64,000 bases of DNA from Longimicrobiales bacterium (lineage in GTDB: Bacteria; Gemmatimonadota; Gemmatimonadetes; Longimicrobiales; Gaopeijiaceae): contig OZ241869.1 in NCBI GenBank assembly GCA_965202805.1, positions 768,001 to 832,000 of the forward strand, read 5' to 3'. Of the stretch, positions 49,589 to 60,204 are shown piece after piece. Position numbers and translations under genes: made by a program. The notes beneath the pieces were generated by a model that saw only the letters and a program-made list of their open reading frames with translations, did not search any database and was not told the origin of the DNA. Positions within the stretch are counted from its first letter, which is position 1. Every line of letters begins with the position of its first letter.

Positions 49589-51041
49589 CGACAAGCGCCT
49601 GACGCCCCGGAGCGAGAGCTTCTCGGCCTGGTACAACGATGCGGTTCAACGCGCGGAGCTCGCCGACTATTCGCCGGTACGCGGATGCATGGTCATCCGT
49701 CCCTGGGGATACGCGATCTGGGAACTGATGCAGCAGGGACTGGACGGTCTCTTCAAGGAGACCGGTCACGAAAACGCGTATTTCCCCCTGCTCATTCCGA
49801 TGAGCTTCATCGAGCGCGAAAAGGAGCACGTCGAGGGCTTCAAGCCGGAGCTCGCGGTGGTGAGCCATGCCGGCGGCAAGGAACTCGAGGAGCCCTATGT
49901 CGTGCGCCCGACCTCCGAGACCATCATCTACTCGATGTACGCCAAGTGGGTGCAGAGCTACCGCGACCTGCCCCTCCTGCTGAACCAGTGGTGCAACGTG
50001 ATGCGCTGGGAGCTGCGCACCCGGCTCTTCCTGCGCACCTCGGAATTCCTCTGGCAGGAGGGACACACCGCGCATGCGACGCAGAAGGAGGCCGAGGAGG
50101 AGGCCCGGCGCATGCTGGGTGTGTACCGGAAGTTCCAGGAGGACTGGATCGCGATGCCCCCGGTCAGCGGGCTCAAGAGCGACTCGGAGAAGTTCGCGGG
50201 CGCAGTGCGAAGCTATTCCGTGGAAGCGCTGATGCAGGACAATCGCGCGCTTCAGGCGGGAACCTCGCACTTCCTGGGCCAGAATTTCTCGCGCCAGTTC
50301 GGCCTCACCTTCCAGAGCGAGGCGGGGCGGGAGGAATACGCCTGGAATACGTCGTGGGGCGTTTCCACGCGCATGGTCGGGGGCATGGTGATGACTCACG
50401 GCGACGACAACGGGATCGTCGTGCCGCCGCGGATCGCTCCGGCCCAGGTCGTGGTGGTGCCCATATGGCGCACGGACGCGCAGCGCGCGCTGGTGCTGGG
50501 AGAAGCCGACCGCTTCCGCGACCAGCTGGTCTCGGCAGGGCTGCGTGTGCGGATCGACGCCCGCGACCACCTCAACCCGGGTGCCAAGTTCTACGAGTGG
50601 GAGCGCAAGGGCGTCCCCTTCCGGGCCGAGATCGGGCCTCGCGATGTGGCGAAGGGACAGGTGGTGCTGGCCCGGCGGGTGCCGTTTCCGGACGGGAAGC
50701 GCAAGCGCTTCCTGGCGCGCGAGGAGGCGCTGGCCACGCTGCCCGCGCTGCTCGACGCATTCCACGAGGACCTGCTCGAGGGCGCCCGCGCGCGCCGGGA
50801 GGCCAACTCCCACCGGGGAATCTCGGATATCGGCGAACTGAATGAGATTCTGGAGGGTGGGGGTGGCCTGGCGTACACCGGCTGGAGCGGCGACCCCGAC
50901 GTGGAGGAGAAGGTCAAGCAGGCCACGAAGGCCACGATCCGGGTGATCCCCGACGACGAGTTCGCGTCGTCCAGCCGGCCGTCGCGGTGCATCGGCGGCG
51001 GCGCTGCCGCAATGGAGGTGGCGTGGGCGCGGGCATACTGA
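49581..51041 (+). CDS. proS: Proline--tRNA ligase (archaeal/eukaryote-type)
   Basis: ELADYSPVRGCMVIRPWGY, RPTSETII, NQWCNVMRWE, EFLWQEGHT, QAGTSHFLGQNF, C-terminal ARAY. Confidence 0.96.
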   Translation: MADDKRLTPRSESFSAWYNDAVQRAELADYSPVRGCMVIRPWGYAIWELMQQGLDGLFKETGHENAYFPLLIPMSFIEREKEHVEGFKPELAVVSHAGGKELEEPYVVRPTSETIIYSMYAKWVQSYRDLPLLLNQWCNVMRWELRTRLFLRTSEFLWQEGHTAHATQKEAEEEARRMLGVYRKFQEDWIAMPPVSGLKSDSEKFAGAVRSYSVEALMQDNRALQAGTSHFLGQNFSRQFGLTFQSEAGREEYAWNTSWGVSTRMVGGMVMTHGDDNGIVVPPRIAPAQVVVVPIWRTDAQRALVLGEADRFRDQLVSAGLRVRIDARDHLNPGAKFYEWERKGVPFRAEIGPRDVAKGQVVLARRVPFPDGKRKRFLAREEALATLPALLDAFHEDLLEGARARREANSHRGISDIGELNEILEGGGGLAYTGWSGDPDVEEKVKQATKATIRVIPDDEFASSSRPSRCIGGGAAAMEVAWARAY

Positions 51042-51042
51042 G

Positions 51043-52296
51043 GTGACCTCGCCGGCTCGCCCGGATGGCGTGCTCCACTGCGGACGGTTCGCCCTCGACG
51101 ACATTGCTGCCCGCTTCGGAACCCCGCTCTACCTCTACGATGGCGCCCTGCTGGAACAGAGATATCGCACCTTCAGGGCCGCCTTCCCGGGCGTCCGCCT
51201 GCTTGTCGCGTATTCGGTCAAGGCCAACGGAAACCTGGCGCTCCTCAACCGCCTGGCCCGACTCGGTTCCGGTGCCGACATCGTGAGCGGGGGCGAACTG
51301 GCGCGTGCGCTCAAGGCGGGGATTCCGGCGGAGCGGATCGTCTTCGCCGGCGCAGGCAAGAGCGAGGAGGAGCTGGAAGCCGGGCTCGATGCCGGCATCT
51401 ACGGCTTCAACGTCGAGGGCCGGGAGGAGCTGCGGCTGCTCGAGCGAATCGCGGCCCGGCGGGGTGTCCGGGCCCGAATCGCGCTGCGCGTGAACCTGGA
51501 CATCGCCTCGCCCACGCCCCACGAGTACACGCGCACGGGGCACGCCGGCACCAAGTTCGGCATTCCCGTCGGCGAAGTGATGGACCTCTATCGCCGGGCG
51601 GCCTCGCGGGCGGCGCTTCAGGTCGCCGGAATCGCGGTGCACATCGGGTCGCAGATCGTCGACACGGCACCGTACGAGCGCGCCGCACGCGAGATCTTCG
51701 CCCTGGAGCGGGCGCTTTCGGACGAAGGGATCCCGCTCGAGTACGTCGATCTGGGGGGTGGATTCGGGGTCGCGTACGGAGACGAACCCGAAATCGATCT
51801 CGCCCGTCTTGCAGGGGCGGTCCTGCCGGCCGTAATCGAGCGCGGGCTCCGGCTGGTGCTGGAGCCGGGTCGCTTCATCGTCGGCGAAGCCGGGACGCTC
51901 ATCGTGCGCGTGCTGTACCTGAAGCGCTCCGGGAACAAGACCTTTGTGATCACCGACGGGGGCATGACCGAGCTGCTGCGCCCCAGCCACTACGGCGGCT
52001 ATCATCAGATCGAGCCGGTGCGCAAGCGTCCGGACGCCGCAGTCGTGGTGAGCGATGTGGTGGGTCCCGTGTGCGAGGACGGCGATTTTCTCGCCCGCGA
52101 CCGCGCGATCGAACTGCCATGCGCAGGCGACCTGATGGCGGTGAGGACCGCCGGGGCCTACGGTTTCGCCATGGCCTCGAACTACAACAGCCGCCTGCGT
52201 CCGGCGGAAGTGCTGGTTGCCGACGGCGGACTGCATCTGATCCGCGAACGGGAGACCATCGCCGACCTCGTTCGCGGGGAGAGGATCCCGTCATGA
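51043..52296 (+). CDS. lysA: Diaminopimelate decarboxylase
   Basis: [60 protein letters not shown]. Confidence 0.96.
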   Translation: MTSPARPDGVLHCGRFALDDIAARFGTPLYLYDGALLEQRYRTFRAAFPGVRLLVAYSVKANGNLALLNRLARLGSGADIVSGGELARALKAGIPAERIVFAGAGKSEEELEAGLDAGIYGFNVEGREELRLLERIAARRGVRARIALRVNLDIASPTPHEYTRTGHAGTKFGIPVGEVMDLYRRAASRAALQVAGIAVHIGSQIVDTAPYERAAREIFALERALSDEGIPLEYVDLGGGFGVAYGDEPEIDLARLAGAVLPAVIERGLRLVLEPGRFIVGEAGTLIVRVLYLKRSGNKTFVITDGGMTELLRPSHYGGYHQIEPVRKRPDAAVVVSDVVGPVCEDGDFLARDRAIELPCAGDLMAVRTAGAYGFAMASNYNSRLRPAEVLVADGGLHLIRERETIADLVRGERIPS

Positions 52297-53849
52297 CCTT
52301 CACCAGGCCGCGCGACCGGGTGCTCATCCTCGACTACGGATCGCAGTTCACCCAGCTCATCGCGCGCCGTGTCCGCGAAGAGCGCGTCTTCTGCGAGATC
52401 CACCCCCCGACCCGGTCGCTGGAGTGGATACGGAGCTGGGCGCCGAGCGCGATTGTGCTTTCGGGAGGGCCGTCGTCGGTCTACGAGGACGATGGGCCGG
52501 AAGCGGAGCTCGAACTGCTGCACATGGACGTTCCGGTTCTGGGGATCTGCTACGGCATGCAGCTCATCGCCCGGCTGGAGGGCGGACGGGTGGAGCACGG
52601 CAAGCGCGAGTACGGGCGAGCTGAACTGCGCCTGGCGGAGGCCGATGGCCTGTTCGCAGGCTTCGCGCGTGAAGATCCCGTCACGGTCTGGTGTTCCCAC
52701 GGCGACCATGTGGACCGTTCTCCGGAGGGGTATCGCGTCGTCGCTTCGACGGAAGGCCTTCCGGTGGCGGCGTTTCGGGCCGAGGACCGCTCCATCTACG
52801 GAGTGCAGTTTCATCCGGAGGTCGCACACACGCCGGAAGGGGACCGGATGCTCTCCAACTTCCTCTTCCGCGTCGCGGGCTGCCGTCCGAGCTGGACGGC
52901 CAGCGCGTTCGTGGACGAGAGCATCGCCGCCATCCGCGAGCAGGCGGGAGGCCGGTCCGCCATCTGCGGTCTCTCCGGCGGGGTCGACTCCTCGGTCGCG
53001 GCCACATTGGTGCACCGTGCGCTCGGCGATCGCCTGACCTGCATCTTCGTGGACAACGGACTGCTCCGGAAAGGCGAGCGCGAGGGCGTGGAGCGCACCT
53101 TCCGCAGACATATGGGGATGGAACTGCTGGTCGCCGATGCCCGCGACGAGTTCCTGGCGGGGCTGGCGGGGGTTGACGATCCCGAGCGCAAGCGCCGGAT
53201 CATCGGCGAGACCTTCATCCGGGTATTCGAGCGCACGGCGCGCGAGGCCGGCAAGGACGTGTCGCTGCTCGTGCAGGGCACACTCTACCCCGATGTCATC
53301 GAGTCCCTCTCCGTGCGGGGACCGTCCGCGACCATCAAGACCCATCACAATGTGGGCGGACTCCCGGACGACATGCCGTTCGAGCTGATCGAGCCGCTCA
53401 GGGAGCTCTTCAAGGACGAGGTGCGCAGGGTGGGGCGGGAACTGGGCCTCCCGGAAGCGTTCGTGGCGCGCCATCCCTTCCCGGGACCGGGCCTTGGCGT
53501 GCGCATCCTGGGCGAGGTCACGTGGGAGCGGCTGGAGGTGCTGCGCGAAGTGGACGCGATCTTTCTGGAGGAGATCCGCGCCGCCGGGCTCTACGACGAG
53601 ATCTGGCAGGCGTTCGCGGTGCTGCTGCCGGTGCGCTCGGTGGGCGTGATGGGCGACGCGCGCACGTACGAGTGTGCCGTGACGCTGCGCGCCGTGACTT
53701 CACGGGACGGGATGACGGCCGACTGGTACCGGTTTCCGCCGGAAGTCCTGGCGCGTGCCTCCACCCGCATCATCAACGAGGTGGCGGGTGTGAACCGCGT
53801 GGCCTACGACATCAGCTCCAAGCCGCCGGCCACCATCGAGTGGGAGTGA
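52293..53849 (+). CDS. guaA: GMP synthase (glutamine-hydrolysing)
   Basis: [55 protein letters not shown]. Confidence 0.97.
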   Translation: MTFTRPRDRVLILDYGSQFTQLIARRVREERVFCEIHPPTRSLEWIRSWAPSAIVLSGGPSSVYEDDGPEAELELLHMDVPVLGICYGMQLIARLEGGRVEHGKREYGRAELRLAEADGLFAGFAREDPVTVWCSHGDHVDRSPEGYRVVASTEGLPVAAFRAEDRSIYGVQFHPEVAHTPEGDRMLSNFLFRVAGCRPSWTASAFVDESIAAIREQAGGRSAICGLSGGVDSSVAATLVHRALGDRLTCIFVDNGLLRKGEREGVERTFRRHMGMELLVADARDEFLAGLAGVDDPERKRRIIGETFIRVFERTAREAGKDVSLLVQGTLYPDVIESLSVRGPSATIKTHHNVGGLPDDMPFELIEPLRELFKDEVRRVGRELGLPEAFVARHPFPGPGLGVRILGEVTWERLEVLREVDAIFLEEIRAAGLYDEIWQAFAVLLPVRSVGVMGDARTYECAVTLRAVTSRDGMTADWYRFPPEVLARASTRIINEVAGVNRVAYDISSKPPATIEWE

Positions 53850-53879
53850 GGAGGGCGCGCCCTCTCGCCCCCGCGGGGA

Positions 53880-54233
53880 TCAGGACGTCGGAGTGGGGTC
53901 GTCCTCGGTGCGCAGGGCCCTGAGCGTGTCGTCGATTTCGGCCCACACCTCAACCATGAACTGCACGCGCTCCCCGTGGGCGTCGACGTATTCCAGCAGG
54001 TCGGCCTCGGTGACCCCCTTCGCCTCCAGGATCTCCGCCTTCGCCTCGGGACTGACCCGGCCATCGGGCGAATGGAGCGCCGCCATGCGCAGCTCCACGT
54101 AGGTGCCCACGAAGACGTCGCGGGGGATCGTTCCCGCCCCCTCGGACGCCTGTTCGCCCCCGCACGCGAGCGAGAGGCACAGCAGCCCGGCCCCGGGAAG
54201 CCCGCGCATTCCGTACGCCATCATGCGTTTCAT
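53880..54233 (-). CDS. Small hypothetical acidic lipoprotein (DUF4296-like, tentative)
   Basis: GLLCLSLAC lipobox; IPRDVFVGTYVEL...ILEAKGVTEADL; ATGA overlap with the OPT gene. Confidence 0.65.
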   Translation of the reverse strand: MKRMMAYGMRGLPGAGLLCLSLACGGEQASEGAGTIPRDVFVGTYVELRMAALHSPDGRVSPEAKAEILEAKGVTEADLLEYVDAHGERVQFMVEVWAEIDDTLRALRTEDDPTPTS

Positions 54234-56227
54234 GCTTCGTGCGTTCCTCCGCTGTTGGCCGCGCGCCAGAGGAGCAGGCAGAGCCCCGCGAAGATGAGCG
54301 TGCCGATCAACCCGGAAGACCCGGGGAAGAGGCCTTCCGACCAACCGTAGCCGACGATCCACTCGCTGGCGCGCGAGGGATCGCCGGTCGTCTGGGTGAT
54401 CACGTAGATCGCGCCTCCGATCAGCACCCCCACCAGCGCCGCCCCGGCGATCAGCCCCGATCCGAAGAGGACGCCGCGCTCGCGCTTGTCGGCCAGCCGG
54501 TCTCCGCCCCCTTCCGGCTCCGCATACCGGCGGGTAAGGGCGCGCCGCATCATGCCCCCCACGAAGATCGGGGTCATCAGCGATACCGGCAGATACAGGC
54601 CCACCGCGAAAGCCAGCGACGGCAGCCTCAGCCCGAACTCGACGACGGCGGCCAGCGCCATGCCGATGATGACGAACATCCAGGGGAGGGTATCGGCCAG
54701 CACGCCGTCCACCACCAGCTTCATCAGGTTCGCCTGGGGCGCCGCCAGCTCCGCTCCGCCGATGCCGTACGATTCGTTGAGGACGATCAGCACCCCGCCC
54801 ATCACCGCCGCGCTGGTGATTACCCCGATCAGCTCGCCGATCTGCTGCGAGCGCGGTGTCGCGCCCAGCAGGAAGCCGGTCTTGAGATCCTGCGAGGTGT
54901 CGCCCGCGATCGCCGCCGAGATGCACACCACCGCGCCCACCGCCAGCACCGCGACCTTGGAAGCGGCCGTGCCGTCGTTCAGCCCCAGCCCCACCCAGAT
55001 CAGCGAGGTGAGCAGAAGGGCGGCGATGGTCATTCCCGAGACCGGGTTGGAGGAGGAGCCGATCAGCCCCACGATGCGCGAGGACACGGTGACGAAGAAG
55101 AAGCTGAAGAGCACGATCAGGACCGCGCCCAGCAGGTTCACCGGCACACCCGGCCAGAGCCAGAGAGCCACGGCGAGCAGCGGGGCGAGGGTGAAGACGA
55201 AGCGCATCGACAGGTCGCGCTGCGTGCGTGAAGTCGCGGCGCCTCCGCTGCCGATGCCGCCCAGCCCGAGCTTGAAGCTCTCGACCATCGTGGGCAGCGA
55301 CTTGACGAGGGTGGCGATGCCGCCGAAGGCCACGGCTCCGGCCCCGACGTAGCGAATGTAGTTGCTCCAGATCTCTCCAGACCCCAGCTCGGCCATCGGG
55401 ACGGTGGCCGGGTACACCACGTCGTTCCCGCCCCAGGCGTTGATCACCGGGATCAGGATCAGCCAGGCCAGCGCGCTCCCCGAGAACATGATGGTGGCGA
55501 TTCGGGGTCCGATGATGAACCCGACGCCGAGCAGCTCGGGGGTGAAGTCACCGCCGATCTGGGCCTTGCCCGGAAGGGGCGCCGCCGGTGATTCGTTCCA
55601 GAGCGAGAGCCCGCGGGGATTGGCCAGCGCCTGATAGGCGGCGCCGAAGCCGAGACCGGCGAAGAGCAGGCGGGCCTTGCCGCCTCCCACGTCGCCGGCC
55701 ACCTGGACCTCCGCGCACGCGGTGCCTTCGGGATAGGGCAGTTTGCCGTGCTCGCGCGAGATCAGGTAGGAGCGCAGGGGAATCATGAAGAGCACGCCCA
55801 GCATTCCGCCGAAGAGCGCGATCACCGTGATCTGGGTTACGCTGACCAGGATCGCCGGGTCCTCCCGGGCCCAGAGGAAGAGCGCGGGGAGGGTGAAGAT
55901 GACGCCCGCGGCCAGGGATTCTCCCGCGGACCCCACCGTCTGCACCATGTTGGACTCGAGGATGGTGCCGCCCCAGATGCGGAAGATGGCCACAGCCATG
56001 ACCGCGGCCGGAATCGAGGCGCTCACCGTGAGCCCGACGCGCAGGCCGAGGTAGGCGTTGGCGGCGCCGAACACGATGCCCAGAACCGCTCCGATCAGCA
56101 CGGCCCGGGGCGTGAACTCCAGGATCTGCTCGCGCGCACCCACGTACGGACGATACTGGTCGCCCGGAAGGGTCTCGTAGGCCTGGGGAGGGAGCCCGCC
56201 GCGGGGCCCGGGATCGACTGTCGCCAT
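54230..56227 (-). CDS. OPT family oligopeptide transporter
   Basis: AANAYLGLRVGLTVSASIPAAV, ESNMVQT, LPYPEGTACAEV, SSSNPVSGMTIA, DTSQDLKTG, APQANLM; many TM segments. ATG at 56227. Confidence 0.94.
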   Translation of the reverse strand: MATVDPGPRGGLPPQAYETLPGDQYRPYVGAREQILEFTPRAVLIGAVLGIVFGAANAYLGLRVGLTVSASIPAAVMAVAIFRIWGGTILESNMVQTVGSAGESLAAGVIFTLPALFLWAREDPAILVSVTQITVIALFGGMLGVLFMIPLRSYLISREHGKLPYPEGTACAEVQVAGDVGGGKARLLFAGLGFGAAYQALANPRGLSLWNESPAAPLPGKAQIGGDFTPELLGVGFIIGPRIATIMFSGSALAWLILIPVINAWGGNDVVYPATVPMAELGSGEIWSNYIRYVGAGAVAFGGIATLVKSLPTMVESFKLGLGGIGSGGAATSRTQRDLSMRFVFTLAPLLAVALWLWPGVPVNLLGAVLIVLFSFFFVTVSSRIVGLIGSSSNPVSGMTIAALLLTSLIWVGLGLNDGTAASKVAVLAVGAVVCISAAIAGDTSQDLKTGFLLGATPRSQQIGELIGVITSAAVMGGVLIVLNESYGIGGAELAAPQANLMKLVVDGVLADTLPWMFVIIGMALAAVVEFGLRLPSLAFAVGLYLPVSLMTPIFVGGMMRRALTRRYAEPEGGGDRLADKRERGVLFGSGLIAGAALVGVLIGGAIYVITQTTGDPSRASEWIVGYGWSEGLFPGSSGLIGTLIFAGLCLLLWRAANSGGTHEA

Positions 56228-56262
56228 TTTGCCTCCGGCCACGGGTTGCGCGGAACCCGGGC

Positions 56263-56292
56263 AACGTGGATCGCTTCTTCTCGGCTTGTCAA
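56263..56292 (-). promoter_or_regulatory. Possible sigma70 promoter for the OPT transporter
   Basis: Minus strand TTGACA-18 bp-CACGTT. Confidence 0.35.
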
Positions 56293-56433
56293 GCGCGCGA
56301 GCGGCGGGCACCGAGCCGGCTGGAACTGCCTACACCACGGCCTCGCCGGATGGTCCGAATCTTGAGTTTCATCAGGACGGCGGGCGCCCCGGGAGCCCTT
56401 GCGGGGGTGGATGGAGCGGGGTTTCGCCATCGA

Positions 56434-56484
56434 AGTCTGCCAAAATGGCAGACTCTGCGGCGCGAATCTGCCAAAATGGCAGAC
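56434..56484. promoter_or_regulatory. Tandem palindromic operator-like sites upstream of clpB
   Basis: TCTGCCA-AAA-TGGCAGA at 56436-56452 (extends to a perfect 9-3-9) and again at 56467-56483; 31 bp period. Confidence 0.75.
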
Positions 56485-56537
56485 ACAGCTTCGCGTGACG
56501 AGAGAGCCGGCGTTGTCGGAGGCAAAGGGAACATCTG

Positions 56538-59132
56538 ATGATCGAAGTCGACCGTTTGACGGTGAAGGCGGCCGAGGCGCTGCGGGGGGCCATCGTGGAC
56601 GCCGCGGAGCGCGAGAGCGCGGAAGTCTACGGCATCCACCTCCTCGACGCCCTTCTCCGCCAGGAAGAAGGAATCGTCACGCCGATCCTGGACAAGATCG
56701 GCGTTTCCGCCCCGTTGGTCGGAGAGCGGGTGCAGGCCGCACTCGACGGGCTCGGCCGCGTCTCGGGAGCATCGGATGCGCGCGTCAGCCGCGACCTCTC
56801 CCGCGCGCTCTCCGCGGCCGAGCGACACGCCGCGGAACTCGGCGACGACTACGTATCGACCGAGCACCTCCTGCTGGGGCTCACGGTCGAGAAGGACGAC
56901 GCGGGCGAAATCCTGCGCTCGGCGGGCGCCACCGAGGAGCGCGTGCTGGAGGCGCTTTCGGCGGTTCGCGGCAGCCACCGGGTCACCGACCAGACCCCGG
57001 AGGACCGCTACCAGGCGCTCGCGCGCTACAGTCGCGACCTCACCGAGTTGGCGCGGAGGGGCAAACTGGATCCGGTCATCGGCCGGGACACCGAGATCCG
57101 CCGGGTCATCAAGGTGCTCGCGCGCCGCACCAAGAACAATCCCGTCCTCATCGGCGAGCCCGGGGTAGGGAAGACCGCCATCGCCGAAGGCCTGGCCCAG
57201 CGCATCGTGGCCGGCGACGTGCCCGCGGCGCTGGCGGAGAAGACCTTCCTCTCCCTCGACATTTCGGCCATGCTCGCCGGCGCGAAATACCGCGGCGAGT
57301 TCGAAGAGCGCATGAAGGCTGTGCTGAAGGAGATCTCCGATGCCGAGGGCCGCTTCGTCATGTTCGTGGACGAGCTGCACACGGTCGTGGGGGCCGGGGC
57401 GGCGGAAGGCGCGGTGGACGCCGGCAACATGATGAAGCCGCTGCTGGCACGGGGCGCGCTGCGCATGGTGGGAGCGACCACACTCGACGAGTACCGAAAG
57501 CACATCGAGAAGGACCCCGCCCTGGAGCGGCGCTTCCAGCCCGTATACGTGGCGCCGCCGTCGGTCGAGGACACGATCGCGATCCTGAGAGGCCTCAAGG
57601 AGCGCTACGAGGTGCACCACGGTGTGCGCATCCGCGACGATGCCCTGGTCGCGGCGGCCCGGCTGTCCGACCGCTACATCGGCGGGCGCTTCCTGCCCGA
57701 CAAGGCGATCGACCTCATGGACGAAGCCGGCAGCCGGCTCCAGATCGAGATCGACTCGCTGCCCACCGAGATCGACCAGGTCGAACGGCGGGCCATCCAG
57801 CTCGAAATCGAACGCCAGGCGCTCGAGGATGAGCACGACGACCCCTCGGCGCGGGAACGCCTGGAGCGCATCCGACTCGAGTTGGCCGAACTGACGGAGC
57901 GCAGCTCCAGCATGAAGGCGAAGTGGCAGGCGGAACGGGACGCCATCGACCGCCTGAAGACGCTCAAGGAGGACGCGGACGCGCTACGGACCGAATCCGA
58001 GGGCGCGAAACGAACCGGAAACCTGCAGCGGGCGGCCGAGATCGACTATGGCGAGCTGCCGGCTCTCGCCACCTCGCTCAGGCAGGCGGAGGAGCGGCTT
58101 TCCGAACTGCAGGCGAGCGGAACCTGGCTGCGGGAGGAGGTGGACGCCGACGACATCGCCGAGGTGGTGGCCGAGTGGACGGGGATTCCGGTGGCGAGCC
58201 TGGTGGAGTCGGAACGGGACCGGCTGGTCAGGCTGGAGGCGCTGCTCGGCGGCCGGGTGATCGGACAGGACGAGGCGCTTGCCGCAGTCTCGAATGCGGT
58301 ACGCCGTTCAAGGGCCGGCCTCCAGGATCCCGACCGGCCGGTCGGCTCGTTCATCTTCCTGGGTCCGACCGGCGTGGGGAAGACCGAAACCGCGCGCGCG
58401 CTGGCCGAATTCCTCTTCGACGACGAGCGCGCGATGGTGCGCCTCGACATGTCCGAGTACATGGAGAGGCACACCGTGTCGCGGCTTCTGGGCGCGCCCC
58501 CCGGCTACGTGGGCTACGACGAGGGCGGCCAGCTGACCGAAGCGGTGCGCCGGCGTCCGCACGCGATCATCCTGTTCGACGAGATCGAGAAGGCGCACGC
58601 CGACATCTTCAATGTCCTGCTGCAGATTCTCGACGACGGCCGGCTGACAGACTCCCAGGGGCGCACCGTCGACTTCCGCAACACGGTGATCATCATGACC
58701 TCCAACCTCGGCAGCCACTACATCCTGCGGCACGCCGGAACGGATCCCTGGGAAGAGGTGGATGCAACGGTCACGCAGGAGCTGCGGCGACACTTCCGCC
58801 CGGAGTTTCTCAACAGAGTGGACGATATTGTTCTCTTTCGCCCATTGGATCGCGCTTCGATCCGCGCGATCGTTGATCTGCAGCTTGCCCGGGTGGAAGC
58901 GCTCGCCGGCGAACTGGGCATCACGCTCGAGGTGTCGCCCGAAGTCCGGGAGCTGCTCGCGAAAGAGGGCTACGAGCCCGCGTTCGGCGCGCGTCCGCTG
59001 CGGCGCGTGATTCAGCGCATCATCCAGGATCCGCTTGCCATGTCGCTGCTTGAGGAAGATCCGGGGAAATCCGCGACCATTCGCGTCGTTCCCGCCTCCG
59101 GCACGGGCGGCGTGGCCTTCGAGCGGGCGTGA
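56538..59132 (+). CDS. clpB: ATP-dependent chaperone ClpB
   Basis: [28 protein letters not shown], long M-domain coiled coil, [35 protein letters not shown]. Confidence 0.97.
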   Translation: MIEVDRLTVKAAEALRGAIVDAAERESAEVYGIHLLDALLRQEEGIVTPILDKIGVSAPLVGERVQAALDGLGRVSGASDARVSRDLSRALSAAERHAAELGDDYVSTEHLLLGLTVEKDDAGEILRSAGATEERVLEALSAVRGSHRVTDQTPEDRYQALARYSRDLTELARRGKLDPVIGRDTEIRRVIKVLARRTKNNPVLIGEPGVGKTAIAEGLAQRIVAGDVPAALAEKTFLSLDISAMLAGAKYRGEFEERMKAVLKEISDAEGRFVMFVDELHTVVGAGAAEGAVDAGNMMKPLLARGALRMVGATTLDEYRKHIEKDPALERRFQPVYVAPPSVEDTIAILRGLKERYEVHHGVRIRDDALVAAARLSDRYIGGRFLPDKAIDLMDEAGSRLQIEIDSLPTEIDQVERRAIQLEIERQALEDEHDDPSARERLERIRLELAELTERSSSMKAKWQAERDAIDRLKTLKEDADALRTESEGAKRTGNLQRAAEIDYGELPALATSLRQAEERLSELQASGTWLREEVDADDIAEVVAEWTGIPVASLVESERDRLVRLEALLGGRVIGQDEALAAVSNAVRRSRAGLQDPDRPVGSFIFLGPTGVGKTETARALAEFLFDDERAMVRLDMSEYMERHTVSRLLGAPPGYVGYDEGGQLTEAVRRRPHAIILFDEIEKAHADIFNVLLQILDDGRLTDSQGRTVDFRNTVIIMTSNLGSHYILRHAGTDPWEEVDATVTQELRRHFRPEFLNRVDDIVLFRPLDRASIRAIVDLQLARVEALAGELGITLEVSPEVRELLAKEGYEPAFGARPLRRVIQRIIQDPLAMSLLEEDPGKSATIRVVPASGTGGVAFERA

Positions 59133-59644
59133 GCAGGGAGGGCGCGCGCATCGGCGGAGTTCTGGCCCGCTGCACGGCGGGTCTGCTCGCCGCGGCGTGC
59201 GCCAGCCATTCCCCGCTCCCGCCGGCGGGGGAGGATGCAGGCCCCGTCCGCGCTGCGGAGCGCTTTCTGGGCGCGGCCAATCGACAGGACCTCGACGCCC
59301 TCGCGCACGCCTTCGGCACCCACCGGGGTCCCATCGCGGAAGCCGGCGGAGGCCTGGGCTGCGGACTCCGCAGGCTCGCGTCGTGGCTGGGGGCCGGGGA
59401 CCGCTGCCCGACCCGGCAGGAAGTCGAGGTGCGCATGCACGCCATCGCGGCGGTGCTGCGGCACGACGGCTACGAGGTGACCTCCGCGGAGCAGGTGCCG
59501 GGGAGGGAGCGGCCCGTCACCCGCGTCGCCGTCGAGGTTCGGCGGGGAGAACGGATCCATCGCGACGTCGGGCTGCTGGTGATCCGAACGTCGTCGGGGT
59601 GGCTGGTGGAGTCCGTCGAACTGGAGAAGATCACGGGGCGCTGA
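59129..59644 (+). CDS. Hypothetical lipoprotein (NTF2-like fold possible)
   Basis: GLLAAAC lipobox; VRAAERFLGAANRQDLDALAHAFGT...GWLVESVEL; GTGA overlap with clpB. Confidence 0.7.
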   Translation: MSREGARIGGVLARCTAGLLAAACASHSPLPPAGEDAGPVRAAERFLGAANRQDLDALAHAFGTHRGPIAEAGGGLGCGLRRLASWLGAGDRCPTRQEVEVRMHAIAAVLRHDGYEVTSAEQVPGRERPVTRVAVEVRRGERIHRDVGLLVIRTSSGWLVESVELEKITGR

Positions 59645-59646
59645 GG

Positions 59647-60060
59647 TTACCGCGCCCGCTCGACCAGCTCCACCAGCGCGCCGCCCGTGCCCTTCGGGTG
59701 GAGGAACGCGATCAGGCCACCGTGGGCGCCGGGCCTCGGAACCCGGTCGATGGGCCGGAATCCCGCGGCGGCCAGGCGGTCGAGCTCGGCGCGCACGTCC
59801 TCGACCCGAAACGCCACGTGATGAAGGCTCGAGCCGCCGGCTTCGAGGAAGCGCGCGACCGCGCCGCCCCGGTCACGGGGTTCGAGCAGTTCCACGGCGC
59901 CGATGAAGCACACGTCGATGCCATGTTCCGGGAGGGACCGGCGAGGCGAGGCCCGCTCGCCCATCAGGGTCTCGAACAGCGGCACCGCCTCCTCGATCGA
60001 GCGGACGGCGATGCCCACGTGGTCCAGCGGGTAGTGCAGCGGGTTCGGTGGGGGATCCAC
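59647..60060 (-). CDS. mce: Methylmalonyl-CoA epimerase (VOC family)
   Basis: LDHVGIAVRS, VELLEP, LHHVAFRVED, IAFLHPKGTGGALVELVE; GGGAGG RBS before GTG at 60060. Confidence 0.9.
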   Translation of the reverse strand: MDPPPNPLHYPLDHVGIAVRSIEEAVPLFETLMGERASPRRSLPEHGIDVCFIGAVELLEPRDRGGAVARFLEAGGSSLHHVAFRVEDVRAELDRLAAAGFRPIDRVPRPGAHGGLIAFLHPKGTGGALVELVERAR

Positions 60061-60081
60061 AGACCTCCCTGCGGGGTCGAA

Positions 60082-60111
60082 TTCCATGACCGGCCGAGAT
60101 TCGGTTATACT
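60082..60111 (+). promoter_or_regulatory. Possible sigma70 promoter for trxA
   Basis: TTCCAT-18 bp-TATACT. Confidence 0.4.
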
Positions 60112-60204
60112 TGTGGAGAATCAGGGAAGGAGGGAAGGGCGATGCAGCGCTTCCGCTTCCATCGTACGAACAACCCGGGACCGGGATCAAGGAGATCAGC
60201 CAGG

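Noticed and set aside
53851..53878. Palindromes GAGGGCGCGCCCTC and CCCCGCGGGG between convergent genes as terminators
   Set aside because: No U-tract on either strand, and short GC palindromes are common at this GC content.
56361..56381. HAIR (HspR) operator upstream of clpB
   Set aside because: Only the left half CTTGAGT is present; the right-half position reads GGACGGC, not ACTCAAG.
56477..56525. Sigma54 -24/-12 promoter for clpB
   Set aside because: TGGCA is present but the GG-N10-GC spacing is not met.
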